Position numbers and translations under genes: made by a program. Of a DNA stretch of 64,000 nt, positions 41,626 to 56,025 are shown one piece after another (the first letter of the stretch is position 1; each line of letters starts with the position of its first letter). Source of the stretch: Eledone cirrhosa (taxonomy: Eukaryota); the NCBI GenBank assembly GCA_964016885.1, contig CAXHJY010000157.1, positions 62,001 through 126,000 of the forward strand. Direction: 5' to 3'. A model generated the notes under the pieces. The model was not told the origin of the DNA. It ran no database searches and saw only the letters and a program-made list of their open reading frames with translations.

Positions 41626-41938
41626 AATGTAAGCTATCGCCGTATTTTGACTAAAGAAATTATTTAGCCTGATAGTGGGGTTAAGAACCCTCGTAGAAAT
41701 GGAAAAAGATGAGTATTGACGTACAAGGGAGTCGACCCCACATCTTTGGTTATCCGGACCACTGTGCTACCATTTACACCAACACATCACCTGTCTTTTT
41801 CCATTCCTAAATAATTTCTTTAATTTCTTTAGTCAAAATACGGCGAAAGCTTACATTTCTAATAATTTCAAACCCACTCGCTGTTTCGAAAATATTCTTA
41901 CTTGATATATATATATGTATATATAAAAGAGCGAGAGA

Positions 41939-42012
<74 letters not shown>

Positions 42013-43427
42013 TACCTCTATACATACATACTCAGGTATGTATATGGAATACATGGGCCCACATATATGGACACCATAATAGATGAGTGTAACCACATAC
42101 ATATTTCTATTTATTCAACACTCAACTATATATATGACGTCTTACTTTTATGTTTTCTCTCAATGGAAATTCGCCATTCAACTCTGTATATACGGCGTCA
42201 AAGAAATCGTAATAATTTCTGTAGCCAATATTTCCACTCCAATTGATTATCTAGAATTATATAATTGAAAAGTTGGCACCTTGTTTTTACTATGTTGTTA
42301 TTTCTTAAACATTGCAATTTTCGACTCCTCCAAAATGTGTTCTCTTTCTTTTAATGTCTGTCTCTTTATTTTCTCCCTCTTCTTATTTCCCATTTGCTGA
42401 AACCTTAATAAATATGAATTCCAATGGTTTCTCAGAGACATTCCGTAATGTTATAATTATATAATTGAGTAATTGACTGTGGCATCACATCTGTAAATTT
42501 TCTCGTCAATGTATGCTGAGTATATTTTGTTAGTTAAACTATCACTCATTCAGGTTTGATAGAGCAATTCTCTCTGTATATATACATATACATATATATA
42601 TATATATATATATTCATATATATATATATATATTCATATATATATATATATATTATATATATACATATATATAGATATATTCATATATATATATTCATAT
42701 ATATATATATTCACTCACTCGTCTCTCTCTCTCTCTCTCCCTCTCTTTCCCTCTCTCTCTCTCTCTCTCTCTCTCTATTTATGATGATCTACTCAAATAA
42801 TATATATACAGAAAGAGAGAGAGAGGGCGCGAGAGAGAGAGAGGGAGAGAGATCCACTGTAAATTATTCTTAGTCCAATATCAAACGGGTGACAAGATAA
42901 AAGCCAAATCAGACGATAGTTTCGACAATCAAAAAATTAATGAAGTTTGACAACTTGTTCTGATTAATATCTGAAAAGATCTCAACCAAAATACATAATT
43001 ACCCCTCATATGAAGATGATGCTAGATTCTCTCAATGTTATTCGTTTTTGCATTGAAAAAGATTAGAATTTACTTCAATTGAAACTTTCTTTTATTGTAC
43101 AAACGAAGAATGTTGACAGAAAAATTGGTTTATAATTCGTCTGTAATGATTTGATAGCAAATATAAAGTGTTTTATTTCGTAAACTTTACTTCAGAGAAT
43201 TTTTAGGCCAATGTTTAAACATAAGCCTTCTCTCTTAGTTAAATATGAACGTAATTATGCAAAAAAAAATAACATATTCAAAAATATTAGAAGCGAATGT
43301 AAATCAATTAACACAGAGCTTCCGTCGTTAAGAAATATTTTGTAGTCATATTTCCTAAAATGAAGGAAAACACATCAAACCCATAAACCGGTCCTCAGTT
43401 TAAAGAAGCCAGAAAAGAAATCTGTAA

Positions 43428-43469
<42 letters not shown>

Positions 43470-43575
43470 ATATATATATATATGTATACATATATATTTA
43501 ATATAGAAATGGTCTACGGGACTAGAACTGTTTCATTCGGGAGAAATCATCAGGGCTTGCTGATATATATATATA

Positions 43576-43641
<66 letters not shown>

Positions 43642-43646
43642 CATAT

Positions 43647-44315
43647 AAAAAATAAAAAAGGAAATTTCGCTCTACATGGCTGAATACAATAAATGCAATC
43701 TGAGTTTTTCGAATATTAATAATAACATTCGATTCAGTACAGCTCACTGTTCACCTGCCAAACTGTCAGGGCTATAAAATTGACATACTACTGACATGGC
43801 TATAAAATTGAGGCTTGTTTGCATAATTGCAAACGAATCGAATGTTATTATTAATGTTCGAACATCTCAGATTACATTTATTGTATTCAGCCATGTACAG
43901 CGAAATTTTCTTTTTTATTAGAATTTGGCAAAGCCGCCCATTTATCGCTTGTATACAAGAAACTGACTGGCCAGTCTGCTGATATGCAAATCTGGCTGAT
44001 CAGTCGATCTGCTAATATACAAATCTAACTGATCAGCGAGTCTGCTAATATGCAAATCAGGCCGATCAGTCACTGTGTATTTTTGAAAATAGCATATATT
44101 TTCACTAGCTCTGGCAGTTTGACAGGTGAACAGTGAGATGAGCTATACTGATGAAGGGTGATACCCAGAAACATTGGTGTCTGCAGTTCTTTTCGAATGC
44201 CAACATAAGACCAAGAATGAAGTGTTCATTCTACTGACATGGCTATAAAATTGAGGTTTGTTTGCATAATTGCAAACGAATCGAATGTTATTATTAATGT
44301 TCGAAAAACTCAGAT

Positions 44316-44320
<5 letters not shown>
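43647..44320 (+). mobile_element. Rearranged pLTR-like element with direct and inverted segments and HHR at 44140-44189
   Basis: GAGCTATA-CTGATGA-AGGGT GAT ACCCA-GAAA-CA ttgg TG-TC/TGCAGTTC; 43788-43876 repeated at 44231-44319; 43647-43735 inverts 43835-43918. Confidence 0.75.
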
Positions 44321-44382
<62 letters not shown>

Positions 44383-44383
<1 letters not shown>

Positions 44384-44830
44384 CCCCCGCAACCTCCGCG
44401 ACCTCCTGGTTCGCAGGTCCTTCTCGCCCTCTCCCACGACTCCACCCGGCTCTCATCCTTGTTCCCGTTCCCGCTGCAACACTTGTCCCATCATTTCCAC
44501 CCTCACCACTATTACAGACCCTAACGGGTCTTTCCGTATCCGCCACCCTTTCACCTGCACATCCACCCAAGTTGTCTATGCCCTCCGGTGTTTCCTTTGC
44601 GGGTCTTTATACATCGGGAAAATGGGACGCCGTATGGCGGGCCGTTTTCCTGAGCATTTGAGGGACATACGACTCGGTTTGGATACTCCTGTCACCCGTC
44701 ATTTCTGTTCTCCTGGTCATTCTTCCTTACATGTTTCAGTCCTGGGTGTCCTTTTACATCATGGATCACAGGCTTCGCGCACCAGGACTGAACAATGTCT
44801 GATTCACCGCCTTGGGTCATACGCTTGGAC
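44383..44830 (+). pseudogene. PLE GIY-YIG endonuclease C-terminal fragment
   Basis: PGSHPCSRSRCNTC..FTCTSTQVVYALRCFLCGSLYIGKMGRRMAGRFPEH..PVTRHF; 5' end abuts (TA)n. Confidence 0.85.
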
Positions 44831-45140
44831 TCAACTCGCCTCCCCAATTTCTCTAATACCCCGTCCATTATCATATGCGCTTGTACATTCACCCCTAGAT
44901 TCCTATCGCTCTCTCTCTTGATCATTAACATCTTCTCTTACAACTAATACACACCAACTATATATGTTCACTCCACTTTTCCCTTCACTGCTCTGTATAC
45001 ACACATACACACCCTAATATTAAGATACTTTTGCTCATAGCTTCGTACATACATGCACACACACACACTATTTTACTCACATATACACAAACATTTCTTC
45101 TTAGCCCTTGTACGGACGTATAATAACACACACACACACT

Positions 45141-45197
<57 letters not shown>

Positions 45198-45354
45198 TTA
45201 CGCTCGTGCACAAGTATAGCTCTTTTTACAAAACAGTTTTTTTTTCCATTTCAGGTAGACGCGCTTCATCATCCACCTTTCTAAAACATAAATCATACAC
45301 AAAACGCCAGTACCAACAGTTTTGCAAGAGATGAATGGACCTCTCATTCTATTC

Positions 45355-45538
45355 TAAAGACATTTTTTTCAATTCCAACCCACCTGTCCCCTCAATCTAT
45401 CTTGTTTCTCATTCTTTCTTCTGATACAGGACTAGCGTCCGAAACGTTAAGACCCTGTTCCTGCTATATCAAGCGTTAACCTAATATATCCCTTCCATAT
45501 ATTGTACTGAGATTGTGTTGTCATTTCTGTTTACCTTT

Positions 45539-45545
<7 letters not shown>
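45355..45545 (+). mobile_element. pLTR-like segment with degenerate HHR (45417-45452); related copy at 63337-63530
   Basis: TCTT-CTGATAC-AGGAC TAGC GTCC-GAAACGTT/AAGA; the 63337 copy retains CTGATGAAGGACTA. Confidence 0.6.
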
Positions 45546-45615
<70 letters not shown>

Positions 45616-45676
45616 ATATATATGTATGTATATATATATGTATGTATATATATATGTATGTATATATATATGTATG

Positions 45677-45865
<189 letters not shown>

Positions 45866-45872
45866 ATATATA

Positions 45873-45974
<102 letters not shown>

Positions 45975-46241
45975 CATATATACTATGGAAAACGAAGAAT
46001 CAGTGATGCATCGGAACACAATTTATTACGTATTACAATTGTTTCTCTGGCGAACAGCTCGAGGTGCGATCTGTTTGTGAATCGAACCTGACTCTGGATT
46101 CGCAAGTTCCTCAGATACGTCTGGTGATTTCGAAGCATAATTCTCTTTCTAGAGTGATCAACTGGCATACCGCCTATGGACGCATCCTAGCAACCATACT
46201 GCATTGTCCCACCCTTGCAAGCAGGGTAAAGCGGACGCAAA

Positions 46242-46276
<35 letters not shown>

Positions 46277-46507
46277 ATATAAACAAATAAATACGTCACC
46301 AAGTTCAACACTTAATACATTATTTATTTCATCTATACGTGTTTCATTCCTTTTGGATATTATTTACAATATCCTTATAAAGAAATCGTCAGTATCCCAA
46401 CCGGATTTACCTCTGAAATATTTCTCGTTATTCAGGATATAATATAAACTATATTCGAGCTATAAATAAATATCTGAACACTTTACTGTTGTTTTATCAA
46501 CTTATAA

Positions 46508-46555
<48 letters not shown>

Positions 46556-46637
46556 CTCGCTCTCGCTCTCTCTCTCTCTCTTTCTCTTTCTCTTTCTCTC
46601 TCTCTCCTTCTATCTATCTATCTCTTTCCTTATATAT

Positions 46638-46669
<32 letters not shown>

Positions 46670-47139
46670 ATATGTAGAAATAAACACAGTAAATTGTGTG
46701 TCTAAAATTACGAGGGTAGAAATACCACATTGGTTTGAAAGATTTAACCTGAAGCATACGTAAGATGTATAATAAATATATACAGACCGTATCAATAACT
46801 ATTTCATCTCCCGGACTGATTAGAGATTTAATCTGATTCGCCCTGAAAATTGTGTTTGTAACAGATAACCCGTAGGCTTTCCTCGGCGAGAGATAAGATC
46901 AAATGGAACAAACACATGTAACTACAATCCACACGAATGAATATTTCATCTCGTGCGTTGGACGTTAGAAGTGGTATGAGTGGATATGCTAGAAATTATA
47001 GCCTTTGTACACCCAACTTATAAGCTAAGCTAGTTAGGGCGCCAAAATTTACTGTGTTTATTTCTACATATATTATTATATAATGCTCAGTATTTATACT
47101 TTGAGCTTGTTAATTGCAGGGTATCTATATATATATATA

Positions 47140-48705
47140 TAGTAATAAATTTGAAGACTAAAATCCAAAGAGGGCTCGATAAGAATAAATATATATCAAA
47201 TATATAAGAACCGTAGAGCAAATATTTATTAAAATAACAGATTAAAGTTTAAGCAAAGAATCACTGCTTTCACCCTTAACGGGATCTTCTGAAACTAACA
47301 AAGTCAATCTGTAAACGCAGAAGTGGATATTTCAAAAAACGTTGCAACCGGAGGAAGACAGGAACACGATACTTTGGTTCGTGGAAACGTTCCCTGGCAA
47401 AGAACGGGGAAAAACGAATATAATACGTCATTAATAGGAGCTGTGAAAAACAATTTCGCGCAAAGACAGAACCACGTTTATGGTATAAAAGAGGTCGTAG
47501 ACTAATGTTCTCTTAGGTGGTTCATAGAGACGTTCTCTGGTAATGAACGAAAAAAACGAAGATAATACGTCATATGTAGAGCGTGGGGAACAATTGCACG
47601 CAAAGACAAAACCACGTAAATGGTATAGCAGAAGTCGTAGACTAAAATTCTAACTAGGAGACCGAATGAATCTCCGCTTCAGAGTTAAGAATAAAGTAAA
47701 TAAATACAATACAGAGGTGATAGAAATTAAATAAATACATACACGCATACAAATACGTACATACACAAGCATACGCGAAAACACTTACCATAGGTATACA
47801 AAACCACGCACATATAAATATGTGTGTGTGTGTGCGTGTATACAAATAAATAAATAATTAAATAAACGTATATAAATAAATAAATACTTATATAACAAGC
47901 GCACACACACACCTACATGTAAATACACAAATGTTCGGAGACGAAAGTCAACCAAAACATGAAGTACACATATACACACACCCTACATACGTACGAACCT
48001 GGATACTCACACAGACGCAAAACTTCCGTATACACATAACCAAACCATATGTACCAGAATATATAAAATTATACGCCATAACATATACAATCAAATATAC
48101 GTACGAGAAGGTATACGTACCTTCACAAAACATACAGGTAATATATATTTACCTATGCAAATAAGTAAAGGTATAAACAAAACATATACTTAGCTACCAC
48201 ATCAAGACGTAAAATATCCACGTATAGATTGTACTATCCGTTATGGTATAACGTGGGGCTGTAATACAGGAAAGTTTTGTGCAATTTATGTTTACAAGCC
48301 GAAATTGCCTCAGATTTTTTGTTTAAGATGTAGTCTGTGGCGTAGAGTATTTCCAGGGCTTCAGCGGCGCAGAGGTCACTTTTCGTTCATTGCCAGAGAA
48401 CGTCTCTATGAACCACCTAAGAGAACATTAGTCTACGACCTCTTTTATACCATAAACGTGGTTCTGTCTTTGCGCGAAATTGTTTTTCACATTTCACCGC
48501 TCCTATTAATGACGTATTATATTCGTTTTTTCCCGTTCTTTGCCAGGGAACGTTTCCACGAACCAAAGTATCGTCTTCCTGTCTTCCTCCGGTTGCAACG
48601 TTTTTTGAAATATCCACTTCTGCGTTTACAGATTGACTTTGTTAGTTTCAGAAGGGTGAAATCAGCGATTCTTTGCTTAAACTTTAATCTGTTATTTTAA
48701 TAAAT
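47140..48705 (-). mobile_element. PLE 3' end (family of 20592-22225) with inverted pLTR copy at 48380-48705
   Basis: 47600-48380 is the reverse complement of about 21110-22010; HHR-like motif at 47246-47296; the inverted copy lacks stem II. Confidence 0.85.
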
Positions 48706-48712
48706 ATATATA

Positions 48713-49301
48713 TATATCATAAATCATGTCTATAGAATCAATCAGATATTAAAATATATACTATTTCTTCTTCCAATCAGCATAATTAACCATATACAAA
48801 ATCAAATCTAGCAAGCTTTAAGAATAAATTTTCTTACGGGGAAATCTCTGACAAACAATTGATCGCAGCCTCTTCGCGGCAGCCCCGTTCCATTATTTAT
48901 CAAACATTTCGGCAGCATGCAGAATCCGATCAAATATACTATCAATCACACATAATTATTAGTAAAATTAACCTTAGAAGAAATGCGCACATACCGTAAT
49001 TAATTGAGATATAATTACGGTAGGTGCGCATTTCTTCTAAGGTTAATTTTACTACTAATTATGTGTGATTGATAGTATATTTGATCGGATTCTGCATGCT
49101 GCCGAAATGTTTGATAAATAATGGAACGGGGCTGCCGCGAAGAGGCTGCGATCAATTGTTTGTCAGAGATTTCCCCGTAAGAAAATTTATTCTTAAAGCT
49201 TGCTAGATTTGATTTTGTATATGGTTAATTATGCTGATTGGAAGAAGAAATAGTATATATTTTAATATCTGATTGATTCTATAGACATGATTTATGATAT
49301 A
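48713..49301. repeat. Long near-perfect palindrome (about 290-bp arms, 9-nt loop)
   Basis: 48713-49002 is the reverse complement of 49012-49301; two mismatches noticed; GTTGCAACA x4 follows at about 49368-49403. Confidence 0.95.
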
Positions 49302-49524
49302 ATGCTCTGATTTTTTTATTTTTTTTTATTTTAATTTATTAATTCTTCATTGAGCTTAAAAGTGAACAGTTGCAACAGTTGCAACAGTTGCAACAGTTGC
49401 AACATATTAAATCTTTAATTTAATTCTATGTATATGATAACCTCTATATATATATATATATTATAATAATAATAATAATAAAATGTGGAGTGGAGGCACA
49501 CGAGTTAGGATATATATATATATA

Positions 49525-50112
49525 TATGAAAACAGGGAGAAATAGACGATTATGAGGAAGAAAAATTTTTTTCTTCCTTTTTTTTTGTCCCCTCTCTCTC
49601 TTTTTTCTGGGTTAGAAAATGATTAAAACGAAATGTTTTACTTTGTGTGAAGTGTTAAGGTATTAGTTGATTTATTTATTATTTAACAATGGCATTTATT
49701 TATCTATTTATATATTTAATTATTGTCTATTACCGGTTTCAGCATTTATATGCATTATCAAATGATAGTGAAATGTATTAGTGTGGTGTCGCACATGTTA
49801 AACAGAAGGTGCAGAAAGAATAATGTTATATACAAACAAGGTTTAAGAAGTGAAAAGAAAAAAGAAAAAGGAAAAAAAAACGTGCATAATATGGAACGTA
49901 AAAAGTCAATGTGGGAGAAAAGTTAATGTTATTTACAAGCACAGTCATTGAAGTTAAGCAGTTCAAAATGTGTTAATATCGCAAGAGTGCTTAGTTCACA
50001 CAAAGTAAAACATTTCGTTTTAATCATTTTCTAACCCAGAAAAAAGAGAAAGAGGGACAAAAAAAGGAAAAAAATATTTTGTTCTTCCTCATAATCGTCT
50101 ATTTCTCCCTGT

Positions 50113-50120
<8 letters not shown>
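49525..50120. mobile_element. Inverted-repeat element between (TA)n tracts with a U3-A8 HHR-like motif at 49722-49770 (-)
   Basis: Arms 49525-49651 and 49995-50120; TTGATAA-T GCAT ATAA ATGC T-GAAA-CCGG-TA; stem I weak. Confidence 0.65.
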
Positions 50121-50203
<83 letters not shown>

Positions 50204-50465
50204 AATAAAAATAAGTTTGAAATACAGTTGAGAAAACGTTTATGGAAGATTAATCCTGGTTATTTTTATTCATTTTATATATGCTCTGTGATATTGTAAA
50301 ACTAATGTGCTTGGGAATTTACGGATTGGATTAACCTGTGAACTGTCTTTTACGTATCTTGCTGTGGACTATAAAATTACATTTGAGCTTTGTACTAATC
50401 TTTGCCTTATATAATTGTGTTATCAACTCGCCTAAACTATTATATATACACAAATATATGCTTTC

Positions 50466-50680
50466 TATTGAGTACCTTACTTACTGTGGTTACCCCCGAT
50501 TTAACCCGGGATAAACTTATGTTTCATTCTTTAGAAATCATCAGGAATCCCTGATGATTTCTAAAGAATGAAACAGTTCTAGTCCTGTAGAATCTCATCT
50601 ATATTAAAACTGTTATACTCTGCTATGTATTGAGTACCTTACTTACTGTGGTTACCTCCGATTCAACCCGGAATAACTTA
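50466..50680 (+). mobile_element. Mini-retrozyme-like element: 50-bp direct repeats flanking a head-to-head HHR fold-back and an HHR
   Basis: TATTGAGTACC..AACCCGG at 50466 and 50628; palindrome 50520-50575; HHR 50547-50594. Confidence 0.8.
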
Positions 50681-50744
<64 letters not shown>

Positions 50745-51990
50745 TATATAAATGTGCATGTGTCTGTATGTGGTGTATGTATCATACATATAACTTATTA
50801 TATTGGGGTATAATTACATATGTATGTGTTTGTATGTGTGTGTGGTTGGTTGATTCGTTTAAAATTAGGCTTCTTGAATCACGTGAATGATTTGCTTGCG
50901 AGGTCAGATATCAGGAAACCATGTTACAATAATAAACTTTCGGTGAGATTAATGTATTTAATTTGGGAAACGATTCTGCCCAAGGAGTACACCAACACTG
51001 AATTCTTTACGAGAAATAGCAGTCAAGTCTATCTTCATTTTGTGACAATACGAGGGTCGACTGAAAAGTTCATAGGCTCAATATGGAGGAGTGAAGCTAG
51101 AGTTGTGAAATCTTGCATGCATTAATTTCAATTCGTTTTATTAATAACTGCATTGTTTCTTTCCAGGGACTATGTTGAAAAATAAATCATCTATGGTCAT
51201 TCCATGAGAGTATCTTGGTCAGCCTACGACCCTTTCAACCAGTTCGCGAACTATATTTAAATGACCTACACCATGAATAACATAGTCCATTATAAACTAT
51301 GTCTGAAAAAACAAACATGGTTTTTGTGTTTGGTATGGACTTGCTCGTTTTGATTGATGAGTGCTGAGCTGGGACTAAATAGCAACACCAACACCAACAC
51401 CAAATCCAATAAGTACACAGAACAGCTTTAATGAAATTTCTTTCTTTCTTTTTTTTCATGTATTGAAATGTCACCTTTCTAAGGTCCGCCAACTTTAGTA
51501 CAGCAGGCGTATAGCAAGATATAAAACGTTAAAAAAGCTCTCTTTAAAAACACTTTCTAACTATAAAGAATCCATGCCATTTCTAGTAGTGAACTGAGAT
51601 TTTATATTTTATTACCCACTAATCACAGAACTAAGGGAAGCCATTTTTCTGATATGCGAGCGTTTTAGCTAATTACAAAGGTGGCGTTAAAGTAAAGAAA
51701 TAAATAAGCAAAATGGATGAAAAATTATTGAACTAAAAAAAAAATTGAATTAAATAAACAATCTGACGAACACCTATGTATAATAAGGCGAAGGAATGTA
51801 AAATGTAATTTAACAAATTGAAACTTTAATTAAATTAAGATAAAATAAAAATAAAATATTTGTAAGAGAAAAATATCTTAGTGAAATCCTGCAGTGAAAT
51901 TCCTTCAACGAGGGAAAATAAAATATTGTTTCATGATAAGAGGAAATCACTTTTCATTGTTCAATTATAAGTGTTGTGTGGATTAGGAAA

Positions 51991-52041
<51 letters not shown>

Positions 52042-52045
52042 TGTG

Positions 52046-52120
<75 letters not shown>

Positions 52121-52239
52121 TTGTCCCCCTTGCTTCTGCTGGACAACACCAGAGGGCGTTAGCCCCCCGGTGTTCTCATAGCTACGGCTTCCTAAAATCG
52201 TATTTCTTTCGAAATACGAAATTTCTATACATATTGTAT

Positions 52240-52271
52240 AAAGCTATATATACATATATATATATATTATA

Positions 52272-52349
<78 letters not shown>

Positions 52350-52429
52350 ATAATATATATTATATATATATATAATATATATTATATATATATATAAAAT
52401 ATATATTATATACATATATATATATAATA

Positions 52430-52494
<65 letters not shown>

Positions 52495-52559
52495 ATAATA
52501 TATATTATATATATATATAAAATATATATTATATACATATATATATATAATATATATTT

Positions 52560-52591
<32 letters not shown>

Positions 52592-52619
52592 ATATAATAT
52601 ATATTATATATATATATAA

Positions 52620-52671
<52 letters not shown>

Positions 52672-52721
52672 TTATATATATATATATATATAATATATAT
52701 TTTATATATATATATATATAT

Positions 52722-52755
<34 letters not shown>

Positions 52756-52803
52756 ATAATATATATTATATATATATATAATATATATTATATATATATA
52801 TAA

Positions 52804-52850
<47 letters not shown>

Positions 52851-52867
52851 TATATATATATATATAA

Positions 52868-52952
<85 letters not shown>
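52240..52952. repeat. About 700-bp compound (TA)n/TAA tract
   Basis: Direct reading; other long TA tracts at 26650-26912, 32270-33065, 45540-45980. Confidence 0.95.
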
Positions 52953-52955
<3 letters not shown>

Positions 52956-52999
52956 GTAACAATATTAATAAATGGCAAATATCTTTATAATACCATATT

Positions 53000-53059
53000 T
53001 ATTTCATTATACGTATTTCAAGGATACTAAATTTTAGTATGCTTTCATCAGGTAAAATA
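53000..53059 (-). ncRNA. Type-I HHR in a short insert after the TA tract
   Basis: TATTTTAC-CTGATGA-AAG c ATACTAA aat TTAGTAT c CTT-GAAA-TACGTA-TA/ATGAAATA. Confidence 0.8.
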
Positions 53060-53128
53060 TACTATTTGGTGTTAAGATATTGACATACCTTAGCGTAAAC
53101 TTAATAGTATAAGCCTGCTACCGGCATA

Positions 53129-53217
<89 letters not shown>

Positions 53218-53479
53218 CATACAAATATAAGCAATTTAACCTAATAACAGATGTTTTGATAATCCAATGTTTAGCAAGCTTTCCTAAACATCAACTTTTG
53301 TACGTTATAAAGATTATTTACATATATACCTCATGCGCTTTCCAAACCCTGTGTTTTTCCATCATTTCCCTTATATATTTATATATATCACTGGAATTAT
53401 TGATATTAAAACCCGAAAAGTGCTAACCAGCATCGGAAATTTTCACATGTCTCTACTTAAAACATTAATTGGGAGGGAG

Positions 53480-54350
53480 AATCTCATCATCGACCCAAAC
53501 AACTTTTGAAAGTCACATATACCCATTTGACGACATCTACAAGCCATACATAGGATAGCCACCCATAGAATAGGTCTTTCTAAATGAGGGAGATATCATC
53601 ATAAGAGTTGCGAAGGGGCTTCTCAAGCAATACTCCCTCAATGATGACTATAAACTCACACCCAAAGAAATTTTACAGCAATACCAAAACAAGTCAGTAG
53701 ATGAAATGTATGCTTAGCAAAAGGTTATGCGCGCTATGTTGTCAGAAATCTTCAAAGTGAGAGTAATATAGATAAAGCAAAGTAGCCTTTCTTGGACCAA
53801 CAACCAGTATATTAGATCTCATTTTGAAGGATATATTTTTGCGATCCAGGAAATAACGAAATATCTGATACACAAACAATGTAGACTCTGCAGAATAAAC
53901 ATTGAGGTTGTCACTCACATGATAAGCAACAGCTCAGAAATATCCTCACACCACTATCTACTTATGAGATTGTAGAAAGGATAGCTCTGGCAATGAAAAT
54001 ATAAAAAGTTACAGCAATGTGAAGGGCATATGCATACATAATATGAAATATTACTGGTGGAATGTTTCAGTCAAAGCCCCATTAAAATGTGAACATAACA
54101 GATCAGGCAAACTGAAAAGAATGCATGCCCAGCAGTGGAATTCAGCTGCCCAGCAGATGTTAACATAGTGTTAAAAATTGGCTAAAAGGAGAATATTGAT
54201 ACCGAACTAATGAGGAACCTGCTGATGCACCACCTTTACTATACCTTTAGATTTGTACCTGTAATGAATTGGGCACACTGATCAACAATAATCACAGCTA
54301 ATTAGGAAGATGCAAGTACAGTCTATCAATGGACTGTAACATTAAGTAAA
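53480..54350 (+). pseudogene. Degenerate 3' part of an RLE-type non-LTR retrotransposon
   Basis: SHFEGYIFAIQE, CRLCRINIEVVTHMIS (knuckle), YWWNVSVK..CEHNRS, VEFSCPADVN. Confidence 0.65.
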
Positions 54351-54379
54351 ACATTTAATCAATGTACCAATCTATCTAT

Positions 54380-54680
54380 CTAGGGCGGGTAAAATTCCCG
54401 AGATCCATGGACGAGTTCTCTCCAGCGGTCTCTGTCCCTCATCATCGCTGCCATGTCCTGCGTCTCCAAGAGACCTGTATCTGTCCGTGGGGCATCAACA
54501 TATGTCAACCTCGGTCTCCCTCTTCTAATGTCTCCGTGCATGGGCTCCCACGGGCGCACTGAGTGCAGTGTCAACTCTGAATGTCGGTAAGCATGTCCGG
54601 CTAACCTCAGTCTCCTCTGTGTTACTTTTGAGCTGAATTTTGGGAGGCTCCCGTACAGCTCTACACTATAATGTAATATC
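54380..54680 (-). pseudogene. RTE-clade LINE C-terminal fragment
   Basis: LYGSLPK..RRLRLAGHAYRH..WEP.HG..RRGRPRLTYVD..M.DRDRWR. Confidence 0.8.
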
Positions 54681-55676
54681 TGCATATATATACACGTATA
54701 GGTGCATATATACCTCAAACCCTACAGACCTACGTATGCAATAACATCATTACTGGCACACTCACACAAATACATACCCACCTACATACATATTTATCTA
54801 GTTGATATTGTCTAAATTCCAATGAAAGAGACTGGTTTCTGAGTTAGATAACTGTTCTCTCTCCTTCTAATGGCAACATTTTATCACAAGATTTTGTGAA
54901 TTGTTAATATTTCATTATTTAATTAATCGTTTTAATTTCTCTCAATTACGTTTAAAATCAATAACGAATGATTAATGACTATGAACAGAAACAATTTAAA
55001 CAGTTTGATTAATTACCTAAATAAGTTATAACTAACAAATATAAGTTATAAAATGACTTTCATAAATGTCAGTTCTATTACGCTGACACTGAAGCAAGTT
55101 ACTTGCTGGTTCACCCCGATAGAAACTCGAAGCAAAATACGTAAAGAGAGAGGAGTAGTTTGACTACCTCATACTGCTCCTCTCTCTTTACGTCTGCTGC
55201 CTGTGTGAATGTATGTGTGTGTGTAAAGGGAATGAAGGAGATGTTGAAAAAACTACGCTGTGTGTGAGTGTATGTGTATGTGTGTGAGTGTAAATGTATG
55301 TGTGAGTGTAAATATATGTGTGTTTGTGTAAATGTATGTGTGTGTTTGTGTGAATGTGTACGTGTGAGTGTGTATTTGTGTGTGTCTGTGTTTGGGCGTT
55401 TATACTTATATGTATACACACACACAAAGGCGCGCGCGTATGGAGAAACATTCTAGTATACGAAAATTACACCCTTGTGCAAAAAGTAGAAACAATTATT
55501 ATATCAACCCTGGGACTATGTGAAGCAAATTTGAATGTCTTTGCTCTGGGGTTAGTTTCAATTATGTTTTCCACCTCCATTAATTTGGAATTCATTTTAA
55601 GCGATTTCGTGTGAACTTAACTGTGACGTTTAAGGCAGGACATTCCTCAATTAAATATTGCTCGTTCAATACAAAT

Positions 55677-56025
55677 GGAAGCGCATGGCTTAGTGGTTAG
55701 AAGGTTGGGCTTACAATTCTGAGGTTGTGAGTTCGATTCTCGTACCGGGCTTTGCGTTGTGCTTTTGAGCAAGACACTTTATTTCAAGTTGCTCCAGTTC
55801 GTTCAGCAGTAGAAATGGGTTGCGACTTCACTGGTGCCTGGATGTATTGGCCATTGCCTTTCCCTTGGAAACATTGATGACATGGAGACGGGAGACTGGT
55901 ATGAATGAGAGACTGCTGGTCTTCCACAAACAAAGTTGCCCGGAATTGCACCACGAAGGGGAACATTCTAGGTGCAAATCCCAATGTCATTCGTGATCGA
56001 ATGATGTCTTTACTCTTTACCCTTA
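55677..56025 (+). mobile_element. tRNA-derived SINE with CORE-like segment, family 2
   Basis: GCATGGCTTAGTGGTTAG (A box), GAGTTCGATTC (B box), TTGAGCAAGACACTT, tail CTTTACTCTTTACC. Confidence 0.75.

Noticed and set aside
46660-47090. HHR inside this inverted-arm insert (minus strand near 46790-46840)
   Set aside because: Stems are plausible but the core reads AGATTAA; not supportable
50466-50517. Module M as twister ribozyme or SECIS
   Set aside because: Superficial similarity only; pseudoknot partners and AUGA/AA/GA spacing not found
55677-55750. tRNA gene
   Set aside because: No complete cloverleaf; continues into a SINE body and tail
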